DNA from: Chloroflexota bacterium
Lineage (GTDB): Bacteria > Chloroflexota > Anaerolineae > B4-G1 > DUEL01
NCBI GenBank assembly: GCA_014874475.1
Contig: JADBJJ010000008.1
Span: 104,322-168,321, forward strand
Reading direction: 5' to 3'
Length of the DNA stretch: 64,000 nt
The notes beneath the pieces were generated by a model. The model worked only from the letters and a program-made list of their open reading frames with translations, ran no database searches and was not told the DNA's origin. Positions within the stretch are counted from its first letter, which is position 1, and every line of letters starts with the position of its first letter. Below, one piece after another: positions 46,872 to 57,010 of this stretch. A program made the translations under genes and the position numbers.

Positions 46872-48176
46872 TTAGGGTTTCATCCCAGGCCCAATCGCCG
46901 CGCATGCCACGATCTCAACAGTCTCCTCCCACAGATGAAGTTGCCGAGGGCCGGGGATCGGAGGGACCAATGCCGGCGGAATCGGAACCAGCCGGAGTTG
47001 AGTCATCGTCAGGTGAGGAAGCAGGTCCCGATAGAGAGTTCGAACGTACCGCTGGACCTGTTCGCTGTTCAAGTACTCCACCAGCGCCTTCTCGTCCAGC
47101 CCGGCGACCTTCGGGACCAGATGAAACTCTTCCCGCCAGGGATAACAGCGTTCATCTCGCGCCGCTATGACCCGCGCTCCTTTTGTGTGCCCAACGACAA
47201 GATGGGGGAACGCGTAGAAAAACCGCAGCGAAGGCGCTTCCTCCCGGGGCATCCACAAGCCCGAATAGCAAGTCTCGTAGTCAATCCACCCAGGTTTCAG
47301 ATTCCGTCCGGTCAGAATCGGCACCAGGCCATCTCGGCGCTCCCCCACCACCGACGGGTGGCGGCGAATCTCCGGGCTGCGCGCAGCGAAATGAATCTCC
47401 AACCACTCCCCCAGAGGAACACCCTGGCGCTCAAACGCAATGGCGTCGGGTGTCTCAAAGCGAATCAGTTCGCCCCGATAGACGGCTTTCCGGAAAGTGG
47501 GCTCTTTGCTCTGTCCGGCATACAGGCTCAGCCCTTGTTCTCCCCGCTGCAGAACCAAGACGACGGCGACAACATTGCGCTCTGGGAAAGGGCGGCCCAC
47601 ATAGTACACTTCCAAACGGCCCTCTCGGGCCAGAAATTGCCGCAATCGGGCGAAGTCGTCCAGCACCAACCATGTAGAGGGGACAACAAACACCAGCCGA
47701 CCGTTGGGCCGGAGCAGGTTAACGGCACGCTCAATGAACGCACCGTAGATATTGAACTTGCCTCGCCAGGTTTGAAAACGGCGCTTGTAAAGATTCTTTC
47801 GCTCTTTGAGGATGTGAATGGGGTAGTGCGAGGCATCGCCGATAATGCCATAAGGAGGATTACCGATGATGAGATCAAACGCCTCCCCGGGTTGCCAGAG
47901 CAGAAAATCTTCCTCCAAAATGGTTGCAGAGGGCATCCGGCGCCGGGCCTCGGCCACTGCGGTCGGATCAATATCCACACCAACCAATTCGTGGTGAGTG
48001 CCGTACTGTTCGGCAAACGCCCGGAGAAAGGGCGCGTCGCCACAGGCCGGCTCCAATACCCGGAGACGGGAGCGCATTGGAGATGTCAGAGAGAGCATAA
48101 ATGATACCAGGTCTGGAGGGGTAGCCACCGCCCCCAATGCCCGTTTCTGCTCCTTCTCGCTCAACTCCGGCTTCAT
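46872..48176 (-). CDS. M.TaqI-like gamma-class N6-adenine DNA methyltransferase (orphan)
   Basis: Motif I VLEPACGDAPFL and motif IV IIGNPPYG. Extended similarity to M.TaqI across the catalytic and target-recognition regions (YPIHILKERKNLYKRRFQTWRGKFNIYGAF..., GLVPILTGRNLKPGWIDYE). No restriction-enzyme-like gene adjacent. Confidence 0.8.
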   Translation of the reverse strand: MKPELSEKEQKRALGAVATPPDLVSFMLSLTSPMRSRLRVLEPACGDAPFLRAFAEQYGTHHELVGVDIDPTAVAEARRRMPSATILEEDFLLWQPGEAFDLIIGNPPYGIIGDASHYPIHILKERKNLYKRRFQTWRGKFNIYGAFIERAVNLLRPNGRLVFVVPSTWLVLDDFARLRQFLAREGRLEVYYVGRPFPERNVVAVVLVLQRGEQGLSLYAGQSKEPTFRKAVYRGELIRFETPDAIAFERQGVPLGEWLEIHFAARSPEIRRHPSVVGERRDGLVPILTGRNLKPGWIDYETCYSGLWMPREEAPSLRFFYAFPHLVVGHTKGARVIAARDERCYPWREEFHLVPKVAGLDEKALVEYLNSEQVQRYVRTLYRDLLPHLTMTQLRLVPIPPALVPPIPGPRQLHLWEETVEIVACAAIGPGMKP

Positions 48177-48455
48177 ACGAACAACTCCAAGAGATTCTTC
48201 AATATCGGCAGAGGGCCCGGATGTGAACGTCAGGGCCCAAAACGCAAAGCCTTCGGGGCTCTCTCATCTCCGGAAGGGTGAGAGGGACAGGCAGGTAATG
48301 AATTTTTCAGCCCCCAAAAGGGCATTGCGATTGAGCCGGGGGGTTACCGTCAGATAAGAGCGGCAACTGACCGCACACCCATATTCCATGCCACTTTACA
48401 GTTCTACCGTGCTCTGCAGCCCGTGGGGTAAAGTAACCTCTTGCAGTGGAGTCAC

Positions 48456-49007
48456 TTATACTTTCTTCTTCGCGGCCCGCACTTCCTCCTGTTCCTCTTC
48501 CCCTTCCTCCACCGGCCAGACCTCGGTGGCCCGGTCAATGAAGAGAACCCCCGCAGTATGGTCAATTTCATGCTGAAGGACACGCGCCAGATAGCCCTGA
48601 GCCTTCAGCCGCACCGGCTTCCCTTTCGGGTCTATCGCCTTCACAATCACCTCCCTGTGACGGGGGACGGTTCCCGCCCACCCGGGCACCGAGAGGCACC
48701 CCTCTACCCCGTCCTCAACTTCGCTGGATACTTTGACCAGTTCGGGGTTGATCAGCGCCATCGAGGTTCCAGCATCCGGATCGTCCATATCCTCTGGAAT
48801 TTCAACGACGATGACCCGCAGAGGGACACCAATCTGCACCGCGGCCAGTCCCACACCTCGCGCGCCCCGCATCGTCTCCCACATATCCCGAATCAACGTC
48901 TGGATTTCCGGGGTGGGACGGGGGACCCGACGGGATTTCTCCCGCAGAACCGGATAATCTGCAGATAGAATCGGTCGTTGTGCCACTACAAACCTTCTCC
49001 CGATCAA
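48456..49007 (-). CDS. def: peptide deformylase
   Basis: GVGLAAVQIG, EGCLSVPG and QHEIDH motifs. Confidence 0.9.
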   Translation of the reverse strand: MIGRRFVVAQRPILSADYPVLREKSRRVPRPTPEIQTLIRDMWETMRGARGVGLAAVQIGVPLRVIVVEIPEDMDDPDAGTSMALINPELVKVSSEVEDGVEGCLSVPGWAGTVPRHREVIVKAIDPKGKPVRLKAQGYLARVLQHEIDHTAGVLFIDRATEVWPVEEGEEEQEEVRAAKKKV

Positions 49008-50689
49008 GATTCCGACGAAGACCGCCGGCGCAGTTCATCATATGCCGACAGCCAGTCCAGCATTTCAGTTCGGCGCTGGCGGGCCTCTGCTTCCTGGCGC
49101 TGTCGCCGGGCCGCCTCCATATGGGCGAAAATCTCCCGCTGTACCTCCTGAGGCCGGCTGACTCTCTCAAAGCGGAAGGTGCCCGCCGGAGCCGCTGTCT
49201 CCACAAAGACATCGCCAAATCTGAGAATCTTGCCTAGCACCCCTTGCTCAAAGCGGACGTTGGTCACCTGCTCCAGGTTCGCTTCCCGCCGCTGTTCCCG
49301 CAAGAACAACGGCAACCGGCTCACCTGAACGATCCGGGTCGCGGTCACCTGGAAGAAGTCGTTCTGCCAGTCCTCAAACCTCCAGAGAAGCCAGGGAATA
49401 GCAAAAAACATCACCAGTCCATACACCAGCGCCACGTTCGGCGCGAAACGATGCTCCAGGCGGGCAAAGACCACTGCAACCAGAGTGGCCACAAGGACAA
49501 CCCCAAGGGGAATCCCGATCGCCTCCAGCAAGGTGACCCAGTGGCGCCGCCAGGTGACAGTGGTTCCCTCTCGCTCCCACGAGGGAGGGAAAAAGTACCG
49601 CAGGATCGCCAGACAACCCAGCCGTTCCGTCGGTGGTGCAACTGGCGGCTGTCTGGCCTCGTCTTCTCCTTCAAAAAGAAAGTGTTGCCGGACAGCTCTG
49701 TGGATGGCTTCTCGCTCCTGGATGCGCGTCAGGGAGCGGATCCGCGCCTGCTGCTCCAGAATCGTCTGCTGGATATTCCAGGGGTCCGGAATGTCGCGAA
49801 AGACAACTTGCCCTGCCGCTCCGGCGGTTTCTATGATCAGGTCACCGAATTTCAGCAACCGCCCTATAATGCCGACCTGCGAGACCTGGACGTTCTGAAT
49901 TGCCTGGAGCGGTGCGGCGGAAAATCGTTCCTCAATCAAAAGGGCGCCTGCCCTTTCCCGGTGGACGACTCGCCGATTCGTCAGAATGTAGATGTCGTTG
50001 CGCCAGTCAATGTAAAAATACAGGACGCTTAAAAAGGGGACAATGGCTCCCCCAATCAGCAGCCATCCGGCAACCTGGAACGCGCCTCCCCCACCCTCAA
50101 CGGCCAGAAAAACCGCTCCCACTACCATCAACAACGCCCAAACGCTGACCGAAAGAATGAGCCGGTCCAGGAAAGCGAAGACATGTTTGCGCAAGACTTT
50201 CAGCGGCAATTCCCCGGGCTCCAGCCAGGAGAAACGGGGATAGCGACGCCGCTCCGCCACATCTTTGCGCATCTTCAGGGCCTGCTCTATGGACCGGTCA
50301 GCGGCCAGCAGACGATCAAAATCCTCTTTGTCAATACACAGGAAGACCGTCTCCTCCACGGTCTCCACGGTGGCATCCCGCACGTCACCCAGGAGAAGGG
50401 AGGTCTCGCCGAACGCTTCTCCGGCTGCCAGCCGCCTCACCTCGGCAGCCCGTCCCTCGGGGTCCACGCGGGTCACCCGCACCGCGCCCTTCAGGATGAT
50501 ATAGTAGCGCAGGCCTGGCTCCCCCTGCCGGCAGACGGTCTCCCGAGCCAGATAGGGCACTTCCTTCACCAGCAAAGCCAGACGCCGCAATTGGGGCCGG
50601 CTCAGGCCGGAGAAGAGATGGACTCCCTGAAGGATGCGAATGATTTCTTCGGTGGATGGCATGGCAAGATACGAGATAGGATAGAACAA
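49004..50689 (-). CDS. cyclic-nucleotide-binding domain protein with two bPH_2 (YdbT/DUF304-like) membrane-flanked domains
   Basis: N-terminal cNMP-binding fold (FGETSLL...). Two TM hairpins, each followed by a bPH-like segment. Confidence 0.7.
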   Translation of the reverse strand: MFYPISYLAMPSTEEIIRILQGVHLFSGLSRPQLRRLALLVKEVPYLARETVCRQGEPGLRYYIILKGAVRVTRVDPEGRAAEVRRLAAGEAFGETSLLLGDVRDATVETVEETVFLCIDKEDFDRLLAADRSIEQALKMRKDVAERRRYPRFSWLEPGELPLKVLRKHVFAFLDRLILSVSVWALLMVVGAVFLAVEGGGGAFQVAGWLLIGGAIVPFLSVLYFYIDWRNDIYILTNRRVVHRERAGALLIEERFSAAPLQAIQNVQVSQVGIIGRLLKFGDLIIETAGAAGQVVFRDIPDPWNIQQTILEQQARIRSLTRIQEREAIHRAVRQHFLFEGEDEARQPPVAPPTERLGCLAILRYFFPPSWEREGTTVTWRRHWVTLLEAIGIPLGVVLVATLVAVVFARLEHRFAPNVALVYGLVMFFAIPWLLWRFEDWQNDFFQVTATRIVQVSRLPLFLREQRREANLEQVTNVRFEQGVLGKILRFGDVFVETAAPAGTFRFERVSRPQEVQREIFAHMEAARRQRQEAEARQRRTEMLDWLSAYDELRRRSSSES

Positions 50690-50692
50690 GCG

Positions 50693-51559
50693 CTATATCG
50701 GCGACCCCTCGGGTCCCAGTTCAAAGAGTAGCGGGCTGAGGGCCTCTTCCCGCCCGGCGCGGTGACCAAAGAGGGCCTCCACCTCCCGCACCAAGGCGCG
50801 ATTCAGCAGCATCAGCGGGAGCCCCATCGGGCAGACCCGTTCGCATTCCCCGCATTCCACGCACCGCCCCGCCAGATGGAGGGCCCGGCCCAGATGGAAG
50901 ATGTATTTCTGCGGGACCTCAATGCCCGCATCCACCCACAAGCCGTCGTCCCGCTCAAACATACAGGTAGGGCAATAGCAGCCCGGGCAGACCTGTCGGC
51001 AGGCGTAGCAGCGGATGCAGCGATCAAACTGGGCAAGCCAGAAGGCCATACGCTCCGCCGGGGTCACCGCCGCAATGCGCTCTAAATCTGACCAGTCATC
51101 GGGGGCAAGCTGAACCGGCAACGGCGCGCCGATGAGAACATCGTAGAGGACCGGCATCCGGTCGGTGCAGCGAGCGCACTTCGCAGCGGTCGCTCCGGAT
51201 TCATCCACCACCCCCTCACAGACCACCCCAAGGACAAAGAGGCGGGCCCGCTCTATTTGCCGCTCCGCCAGCAGGACGTTCAGCGCGCGGCTATCACAGG
51301 GCTTGACCACAATGCCCACCCGAGGAGGCTCTTCGCCGCGCCGCCGGGGCTTCTTTTTGTTATGCAAGTAGGTAGTCAGGTTATGAACGCACTCCGACCC
51401 CCAGATCAGGCCATTGGCCTCATCGGGGCTGTAGATGACGGTCGGGCGGGCCCCCCGCCGCCCCGCTTCATAGCCAATCACGCAGTCCACCTGCTTCTCT
51501 ATCAGGAGACGGCGGACGTGCTGGCGCAATTCTTCGGTCAGCAATTCATTGATGGGCAT
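50693..51559 (-). CDS. 4Fe-4S protein related to the coenzyme F420 hydrogenase/dehydrogenase beta subunit (FrhB/FdhB-like)
   Basis: VKPCD motif and two Cys clusters (CIRCYACRQVCP, CVECGECERVCP). Confidence 0.65.
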   Translation of the reverse strand: MPINELLTEELRQHVRRLLIEKQVDCVIGYEAGRRGARPTVIYSPDEANGLIWGSECVHNLTTYLHNKKKPRRRGEEPPRVGIVVKPCDSRALNVLLAERQIERARLFVLGVVCEGVVDESGATAAKCARCTDRMPVLYDVLIGAPLPVQLAPDDWSDLERIAAVTPAERMAFWLAQFDRCIRCYACRQVCPGCYCPTCMFERDDGLWVDAGIEVPQKYIFHLGRALHLAGRCVECGECERVCPMGLPLMLLNRALVREVEALFGHRAGREEALSPLLFELGPEGSPI

Positions 51560-51749
51560 AATGCCTCCTGGACGGCACTCCGCCGCGCTTCGTGTCTGCT
51601 GCCAATGCTGCCCGTATTCAGGACATCCGTTCCCGCAGGGCGCTCAGCCCTCGCGACAGGTTCCAAAGCCACCTCAGTCCCGGCCAATCCTCTCCGGCAG
51701 ACCACCTCCACCATCAGTATAACACATCCAGCCCCCTTTCGCCAAACAT

Positions 51750-53693
51750 CTACTGCAAACCGATCTCCTCTACATTCCAGAGTTCGCCCTCTCCAAAGGA
51801 GCCGGGAATAAAACCGATCACCTCAGGCCGGGCGACGGTAATGCGGACCCGCCAAAAGAGGGGCAGGGAAGGCAGTTGTTCGGTAAAAATGCGCTGCGCC
51901 TCGGCGTGATTCTCCCGGTACTCAAAGGTGCCCGGAAGCGCGGCCCGCGCAGCCCGGCAGACAGCGTCGTACTCGGCATTGGAGAAACCCGACGCATTGG
52001 CACCACCCCAGTAGTTCGCCTGGTCCGGAATCTCCTCCGTGGTGTAGAGATAACACGGGGGTGCCAACTCAATGGCCCATGTGAAGAAGGTCAGGTCAAA
52101 CTGACGGCCGTAAATGGGGCCCAGGGGGCCATCGGCAAAGAAATCCCGCACGGGCCGGGAATCTATCGTCACCTGGACGCCGCAATCGGCCAGATTGGCC
52201 CGGATCATCCGGGCAATTACCTCCTGCTGCGGGTCGCCCTGAATGGTCAGCAGGGTGACCGAAAAGGGCGTGCCGACACGGATACCCGTCACATTCTGGG
52301 CTTCCAGGACGCCATCGCCATTCTCGTCGGCCCAGCCAGCCTGCGCCAGCAGCGCCCGCCCCATCTGCGGATCGTACGTCCAGCGGATCAGCCGGTCACC
52401 AGCGTACAGAGGATGCTGGGACGGAATGTACGAATCTGCCACCTGCCCGAACCCCAAGGTGATTTCATCCACCATCGCCTGCCGGTCTATGCAATGGGCG
52501 AAGGCCTGCCGGACCCGCACGTCCTCAAAGAAATCCGGTCGTCTGTAGGTGGCGACGGGGTTAATGCCAAACTCCAGATGCTCTCCCTGGTTGGATACCG
52601 AGGTCACCAGCCGAAGAAGACCACGCCCCTCCGCCTCTTTCAGGAACGGCAGGAGCGATTCGGCCCCATCGCCCGGCAGCGCCAGGTCACACTCCCCCGC
52701 CATCAGCATGGCCACCGCCCCCTCCGGGTTGGGCGCGAAACGGAAGACCAGCCGGTCCACTCGGGGAAGCCCCTCATCGGCCCGGAAGTAAAGCGGGTTA
52801 CGCTCCAGCGCAATGTGGTCACCTTGAACCCATTCCGTGATGCGGAACGGTCCCCAACCGATCGGTTGACGGGTACTCTCGGCCCGGCTCAGCAGATCAG
52901 CGGGCGTGGCTCGCAGTTGTTTCTCCCAAAGATGCTGGGGCAACGGGCTGAAGAAGTTCAGCATATACTGGTCGTCCATATATCCCGGCAACCCGATCCA
53001 GACGACAGTCCGCTTCCCGGCGGCTGCATACGAAAAGGTGCGGTCGCATACGTATTTGGAGGACGGCGTATCCGGGTGGCAGGCCAGTTCGTAACTGTAG
53101 ACCGAGTCATCCGCCGTCACTGGCTCTCCGTCCGACCAGGTCACCCCATCCTTCAATGTCCAAGAGACCACCATCTGCTCCATCTCAATCGGGGTATTCC
53201 CGTCAAAGGTGACCACGCATTCGGGATTGGCGGCATCTCTGCAGGTATGGTCAGGGAAAACCTGCGTCCCCTGCGCAAGGGTGACCGGTTCGCCCATAAT
53301 GTCCACCACCCGGTCCCCCGCCTGAACGGTGACGGTCTGGAAGTACGCGTCTCCATCCGCCACACCGGGTAATTTTTCCAAGATGACCGGCTGGAAATCA
53401 AAAGAGGGATAGTCTATAGGGCCATCGTAGATGGCCTGCAGGACGTTCCGGGCCGCGTAGGAGCCACCGTAGAGATAAAGACTCTCCGGCTCCCCGACCT
53501 GGCAGATCGTGAGGGTCTTGGGGCCGGGGGTTTCAGTCGGTTCAGGGGTGGCAGTGACCACCATCGTTGGGCCCGGGACCTCCACGGTCTGGACGACGGT
53601 GGAGGGAGGGACGCAGGTGCCCAGCAGCAGGACTCCGACCAGGGTTAAGACCGATGCAACGGTAAGTTGACGAGCCAATTCGTTTTTCAGCAC
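51750..53693 (-). CDS. ABC transporter substrate-binding protein, family 5 (peptide/nickel type), lipoprotein-like
   Basis: 647 aa. Signal + Cys. SBP_bac_5-like core. No permease or ATPase genes nearby. Confidence 0.75.
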   Translation of the reverse strand: MLKNELARQLTVASVLTLVGVLLLGTCVPPSTVVQTVEVPGPTMVVTATPEPTETPGPKTLTICQVGEPESLYLYGGSYAARNVLQAIYDGPIDYPSFDFQPVILEKLPGVADGDAYFQTVTVQAGDRVVDIMGEPVTLAQGTQVFPDHTCRDAANPECVVTFDGNTPIEMEQMVVSWTLKDGVTWSDGEPVTADDSVYSYELACHPDTPSSKYVCDRTFSYAAAGKRTVVWIGLPGYMDDQYMLNFFSPLPQHLWEKQLRATPADLLSRAESTRQPIGWGPFRITEWVQGDHIALERNPLYFRADEGLPRVDRLVFRFAPNPEGAVAMLMAGECDLALPGDGAESLLPFLKEAEGRGLLRLVTSVSNQGEHLEFGINPVATYRRPDFFEDVRVRQAFAHCIDRQAMVDEITLGFGQVADSYIPSQHPLYAGDRLIRWTYDPQMGRALLAQAGWADENGDGVLEAQNVTGIRVGTPFSVTLLTIQGDPQQEVIARMIRANLADCGVQVTIDSRPVRDFFADGPLGPIYGRQFDLTFFTWAIELAPPCYLYTTEEIPDQANYWGGANASGFSNAEYDAVCRAARAALPGTFEYRENHAEAQRIFTEQLPSLPLFWRVRITVARPEVIGFIPGSFGEGELWNVEEIGLQ

Positions 53694-53830
53694 AGTTTCT
53701 CCTCAAGGTGATAAAGTGCCAGGATGTCGCTCCGCCTCTGTTCGTAGTAAGACACGAAACGGAGTGGAGCACCGTTTTGTCACCGCTTCGCTTCGCTCCG
53801 GGGCTGACTATCAGCACCTCAGCGCCATGG

Positions 53831-54793
53831 TCAACCTGTGGGAGGCTGGAGTTCTTCCATCAGACGAGCGATTTCTGCCCGAATTTCCTCCCGTCGGGCG
53901 ATTTTCTGACGGGCCGGCCCTGCCAGTTCCTCCTCCCAGGCCGTTGCCAGTTCCAGCACCCGCTCCGCCAGGGCCTGTGCCGGGTCCAGGACAGTTTTCA
54001 ACAACGGGTTCACAATCCACCCGTTCAGGCCGGCATCGGCCCGCGGGCTGAACCAGTCATCCATCGGCTCCAGAATACGGGTGTAGACGTTCTGGATAAA
54101 AGCGGGGAGGACGGAAACCACTTCGCCGAACCGTTCCAGGCCGCTGCGGACCTGACGGGAAAAAGTGACGGGTAGACGGTCCAGAACCCGCGCCACAAAC
54201 CCGCCCACCGTCTCGGCGACCGGGCTGGAGAGCCCCAAGACCTCGTTAATCTCGTTCTCCAGCGCGGTCAGACGCTGGGAAAGGTTAAGCAAGGCATCCC
54301 GCAGCCAGCGCAGACCGGATTGGAGAGAGGGGAAACGGGATTGAAAGTCCAGGAGCGCTTTTCGGGCCTTCTCAATCGCTTCCACCAGGCGGGTCGCCAG
54401 GTCACGAATCGTCTCTATAATAGATGCCAGGGCCCCGATCCCGCGCCCGATCAGGTCGTCCAGTCCCAGGTCGTCCATTTGCTGGTAGAGGGCCAGAATC
54501 TGGCGCAGGGAGCCGATCTCCTTCTCCAGCGTGGCTGTATGGGCTGCACTCAGTTGCCAGATGACCAGGCCTCCGGTCAAGGCAACGACCACTCCTCCGG
54601 CCGCGGCCGCGCCCAGAAACTGCCTTCGGTTCATACCGGCGGGCTTCTCCGCGCCGGTCACTCCGACCAGCGCGCTGGCGGTCATCCGGTCTAGCACCTC
54701 CAGTGTACCGTCGTCCAGCCGGTGGAGACGCTCTATGATACGGGCGATGCGCGCCGAGCGACGCAGTTGCTCTATCTGGGGTTCTCGTTGCAT
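53831..54793 (-). CDS. hypothetical membrane/secreted protein with an RRQFLG (Tat-like) motif followed by a TM segment
   Basis: Best start is the ATG at 54793 (AGGAGG RBS). That puts the RRQFLGAAAAGG segment about 53 aa inside the protein. An alternative start at 54634 would make it an N-terminal Tat signal. Copy 3 of the recurring motif lies 41-62 nt upstream. Confidence 0.55.
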   Translation of the reverse strand: MQREPQIEQLRRSARIARIIERLHRLDDGTLEVLDRMTASALVGVTGAEKPAGMNRRQFLGAAAAGGVVVALTGGLVIWQLSAAHTATLEKEIGSLRQILALYQQMDDLGLDDLIGRGIGALASIIETIRDLATRLVEAIEKARKALLDFQSRFPSLQSGLRWLRDALLNLSQRLTALENEINEVLGLSSPVAETVGGFVARVLDRLPVTFSRQVRSGLERFGEVVSVLPAFIQNVYTRILEPMDDWFSPRADAGLNGWIVNPLLKTVLDPAQALAERVLELATAWEEELAGPARQKIARREEIRAEIARLMEELQPPTG

Positions 54794-54833
54794 GCTGCCT
54801 CCTGCTGTCATCGACATCGGCTGACGCGGCAAG

Positions 54834-54855
54834 CACTTTTGGAAATGCCTGGCAC
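54834..54855 (-). promoter_or_regulatory. copy 3 of the recurring motif GTGCCAGGC-N6-AAAAGTG (read on the minus strand)
   Basis: Minus-strand sequence ACGTGCCAGGCATTTCCAAAAGTGCT, just after the era stop and 41-62 nt upstream of the ATG at 54793. Confidence 0.35.
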
Positions 54856-54856
54856 G

Positions 54857-55795
54857 TCAGGGAGCAACGTATCCCATCTGCCGCACTCGTTGCATATCCC
54901 GCCGCCAGTTCTTGCTCACTTTGACCCAGAGGTCCAGATAGACCCTTCCGCCGACCATCCGCTCTATCTCCTCCCGCGCAGCGGTTCCGATGCGGCGAAG
55001 CATCTGCCCGCCGGCGCCGATCAGAATGCCCTTCTGAGATTCTTTCTCCACATAAATGGTCGCCGCGATATAGACCCCGCCCGTCTCCCGCTCCCTGTAT
55101 TCTTCCACGACAACGGCGACCGAATGGGGGACCTCCTCGTGAGTGAACCGGAGGACCTGCTCGCGAATGAGTTCGGCAGCAATCTCCCGTTCCGTCTGGT
55201 CCGTAATCAAGTCGCCGGGGTAGTAGCGGGGGCCCTCCGGCAGATGGGCGATAACCATATCCAGCAGTTGATCCAGATTGACCGCTTCGGTGGCGATGGT
55301 CATCATCCACCCGGCGTGGTCGGGCACCAGAGCCCAGTACGCCTCGGTGTGGGGCTTGACCCGCTCCGGCGGCAGTAAGTCCATCTTGTTGAGCACCAGA
55401 ATGACCGGGTTGGACGTCCGCTGGCGGATCAGGGGGGCAATCATCCGGTCCTCCTCGGTGGGCATAACGGAGACGTCCACCACAAAGAGGACAACATCGG
55501 CATCGGGGATGGCCGAGGCGGCAAAGGCGACCATCACCTCGCCCAGTTTGTGGAGCGGTTTATGGAGCCCCGGGGTATCCACAAAGATAATCTGGGCATC
55601 CGGGCGGGTGAGGATGCCCCGAATGCAGGTGCGGGTTGTCTGGGGCCGGGAAGAGACAATGGCCACCTTTTGCCCCAACAACTGGTTCATCAGAGTGGAT
55701 TTCCCCACATTGGGCCGCCCGATGACGGCAACAAAGCCAGAGCGGTGGCCCGGTGGGACGACTTCCAGGTCTTCCCAGAGAGGTTCGTCGTTCAT
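54857..55795 (-). CDS. era: GTPase Era
   Basis: G1 GRPNVGKST, G3 DTPG, G4 NKMD, and a C-terminal KH domain. Confidence 0.9.
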   Translation of the reverse strand: MNDEPLWEDLEVVPPGHRSGFVAVIGRPNVGKSTLMNQLLGQKVAIVSSRPQTTRTCIRGILTRPDAQIIFVDTPGLHKPLHKLGEVMVAFAASAIPDADVVLFVVDVSVMPTEEDRMIAPLIRQRTSNPVILVLNKMDLLPPERVKPHTEAYWALVPDHAGWMMTIATEAVNLDQLLDMVIAHLPEGPRYYPGDLITDQTEREIAAELIREQVLRFTHEEVPHSVAVVVEEYRERETGGVYIAATIYVEKESQKGILIGAGGQMLRRIGTAAREEIERMVGGRVYLDLWVKVSKNWRRDMQRVRQMGYVAP

Positions 55796-55850
55796 TGGGA
55801 CGCAAATGGCAGATAGATTTGCTTCTATTATCCACAAATCGGGTAGAGAG

Positions 55851-56948
55851 TCAAGGCGCGGCGCTCAGTACGGCGGGCAAGTAGAGCATAACAGGTACGG
55901 CCAGCATCCCGCGCTCGGCCAGAGTGTATGCGCCTCCGCCGAAATCCCGATAAATCTCAAAAACGACCGACGGCCCGTCCACCCGAATCAGGATAAACGT
56001 GCTGGGTGCTCCAGTATCCCCGATTCCCCGGGCGTGTCCGGCATCCAGTTGCCATACGCCATCCACCTGAACGGCGCTGGAGTTATGGGTATGACCGCAG
56101 ATGTACGCCCGGACGCCTCGCTCCCTCAGCAAGTTCCAGAACCGATCCCGACGGGTCGGATGGGCGTTCAGGCTGTCTTCCATATGCCGTTCTCGCCCGG
56201 TATAGTCATCGGGCTGGGGATAGGCCGGCTCGTGGCCGAAGACGAAGATGTGGGGCTGGTCAGTGGCCGCCAGATCAGCGGCCAGCCAGGAGTACAGATG
56301 GTCGGGAATGTCGCCGTCCGTCACAGCGTCGCCCGCCGCGTCGCAATAGAGGTTGAGGACGACGAAGTGAGCATTCTCGTAGTCAAAGGCGTAGGTGGTC
56401 GTCGGGCAGCCTGGAGGGCCGGGGCGGACCGGCGTTCCGTCCGGCGCGGTCAGGGCCGTCCCGTACTCACGCAGCCAGTCCATATCCTCCGGCGTCTCCA
56501 CTTCATGATTGCCGACGGCGGGGTACCAGGGGAAAGCGGCGCCCAGAGTGCGGGTAATCGTCCAGAGGACTCCGGCGGGCGGGTCCACATCGCCAGGGCT
56601 GACCATAAAGGCCGGCCCGTGCGTCGCGATGGCCTCACACGCACCCCGGAAATACTGAGGGGTATCGTACGCGCCGGGGCCGGAATAGAGGCGCATATCG
56701 GCGGTGACGGCGAAGGCAAAAGGCCGGGGTTCAGAAGCAGACGGGGCCTCCGCTCTCGCCAACACCGGTGACAAAGGGGTCGGTAAAGGGGAGGGACCGT
56801 CCGGGGATGCCGCCTCGGATACTGGCAGGGGCGATATGGGAGCGGGGCTGCTCAGAGACGGGGTGCCGGTGGGGGTCGCCGATAGCGATGTCGGCACACA
56901 ACCCACCATGAAGCAAAAGATAACGACCGCTGGCAGAATCCTCCCCAT
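55851..56948 (-). CDS. calcineurin-like metallophosphoesterase, probable lipoprotein
   Basis: Signal with FMVGC lipobox-like site and a Pro/Ser-rich linker. Phosphoesterase motifs GDVD..., GNHE, GHEP, GHTH. Confidence 0.75.
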   Translation of the reverse strand: MGRILPAVVIFCFMVGCVPTSLSATPTGTPSLSSPAPISPLPVSEAASPDGPSPLPTPLSPVLARAEAPSASEPRPFAFAVTADMRLYSGPGAYDTPQYFRGACEAIATHGPAFMVSPGDVDPPAGVLWTITRTLGAAFPWYPAVGNHEVETPEDMDWLREYGTALTAPDGTPVRPGPPGCPTTTYAFDYENAHFVVLNLYCDAAGDAVTDGDIPDHLYSWLAADLAATDQPHIFVFGHEPAYPQPDDYTGRERHMEDSLNAHPTRRDRFWNLLRERGVRAYICGHTHNSSAVQVDGVWQLDAGHARGIGDTGAPSTFILIRVDGPSVVFEIYRDFGGGAYTLAERGMLAVPVMLYLPAVLSAAP

Positions 56949-57010
56949 CGTCAGCCGACGCGGGAGATGCGGACGACGGCAGAGCCGCCGCCCGCACCCC
57001 GGCCCACTTC

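Noticed and set aside
53831-54832. Confident Tat-secreted protein call
   Set aside because: The RRQFLG motif sits about 53 aa downstream of the best-supported start (ATG with AGGAGG). Export status is ambiguous, so it is left as hypothetical.
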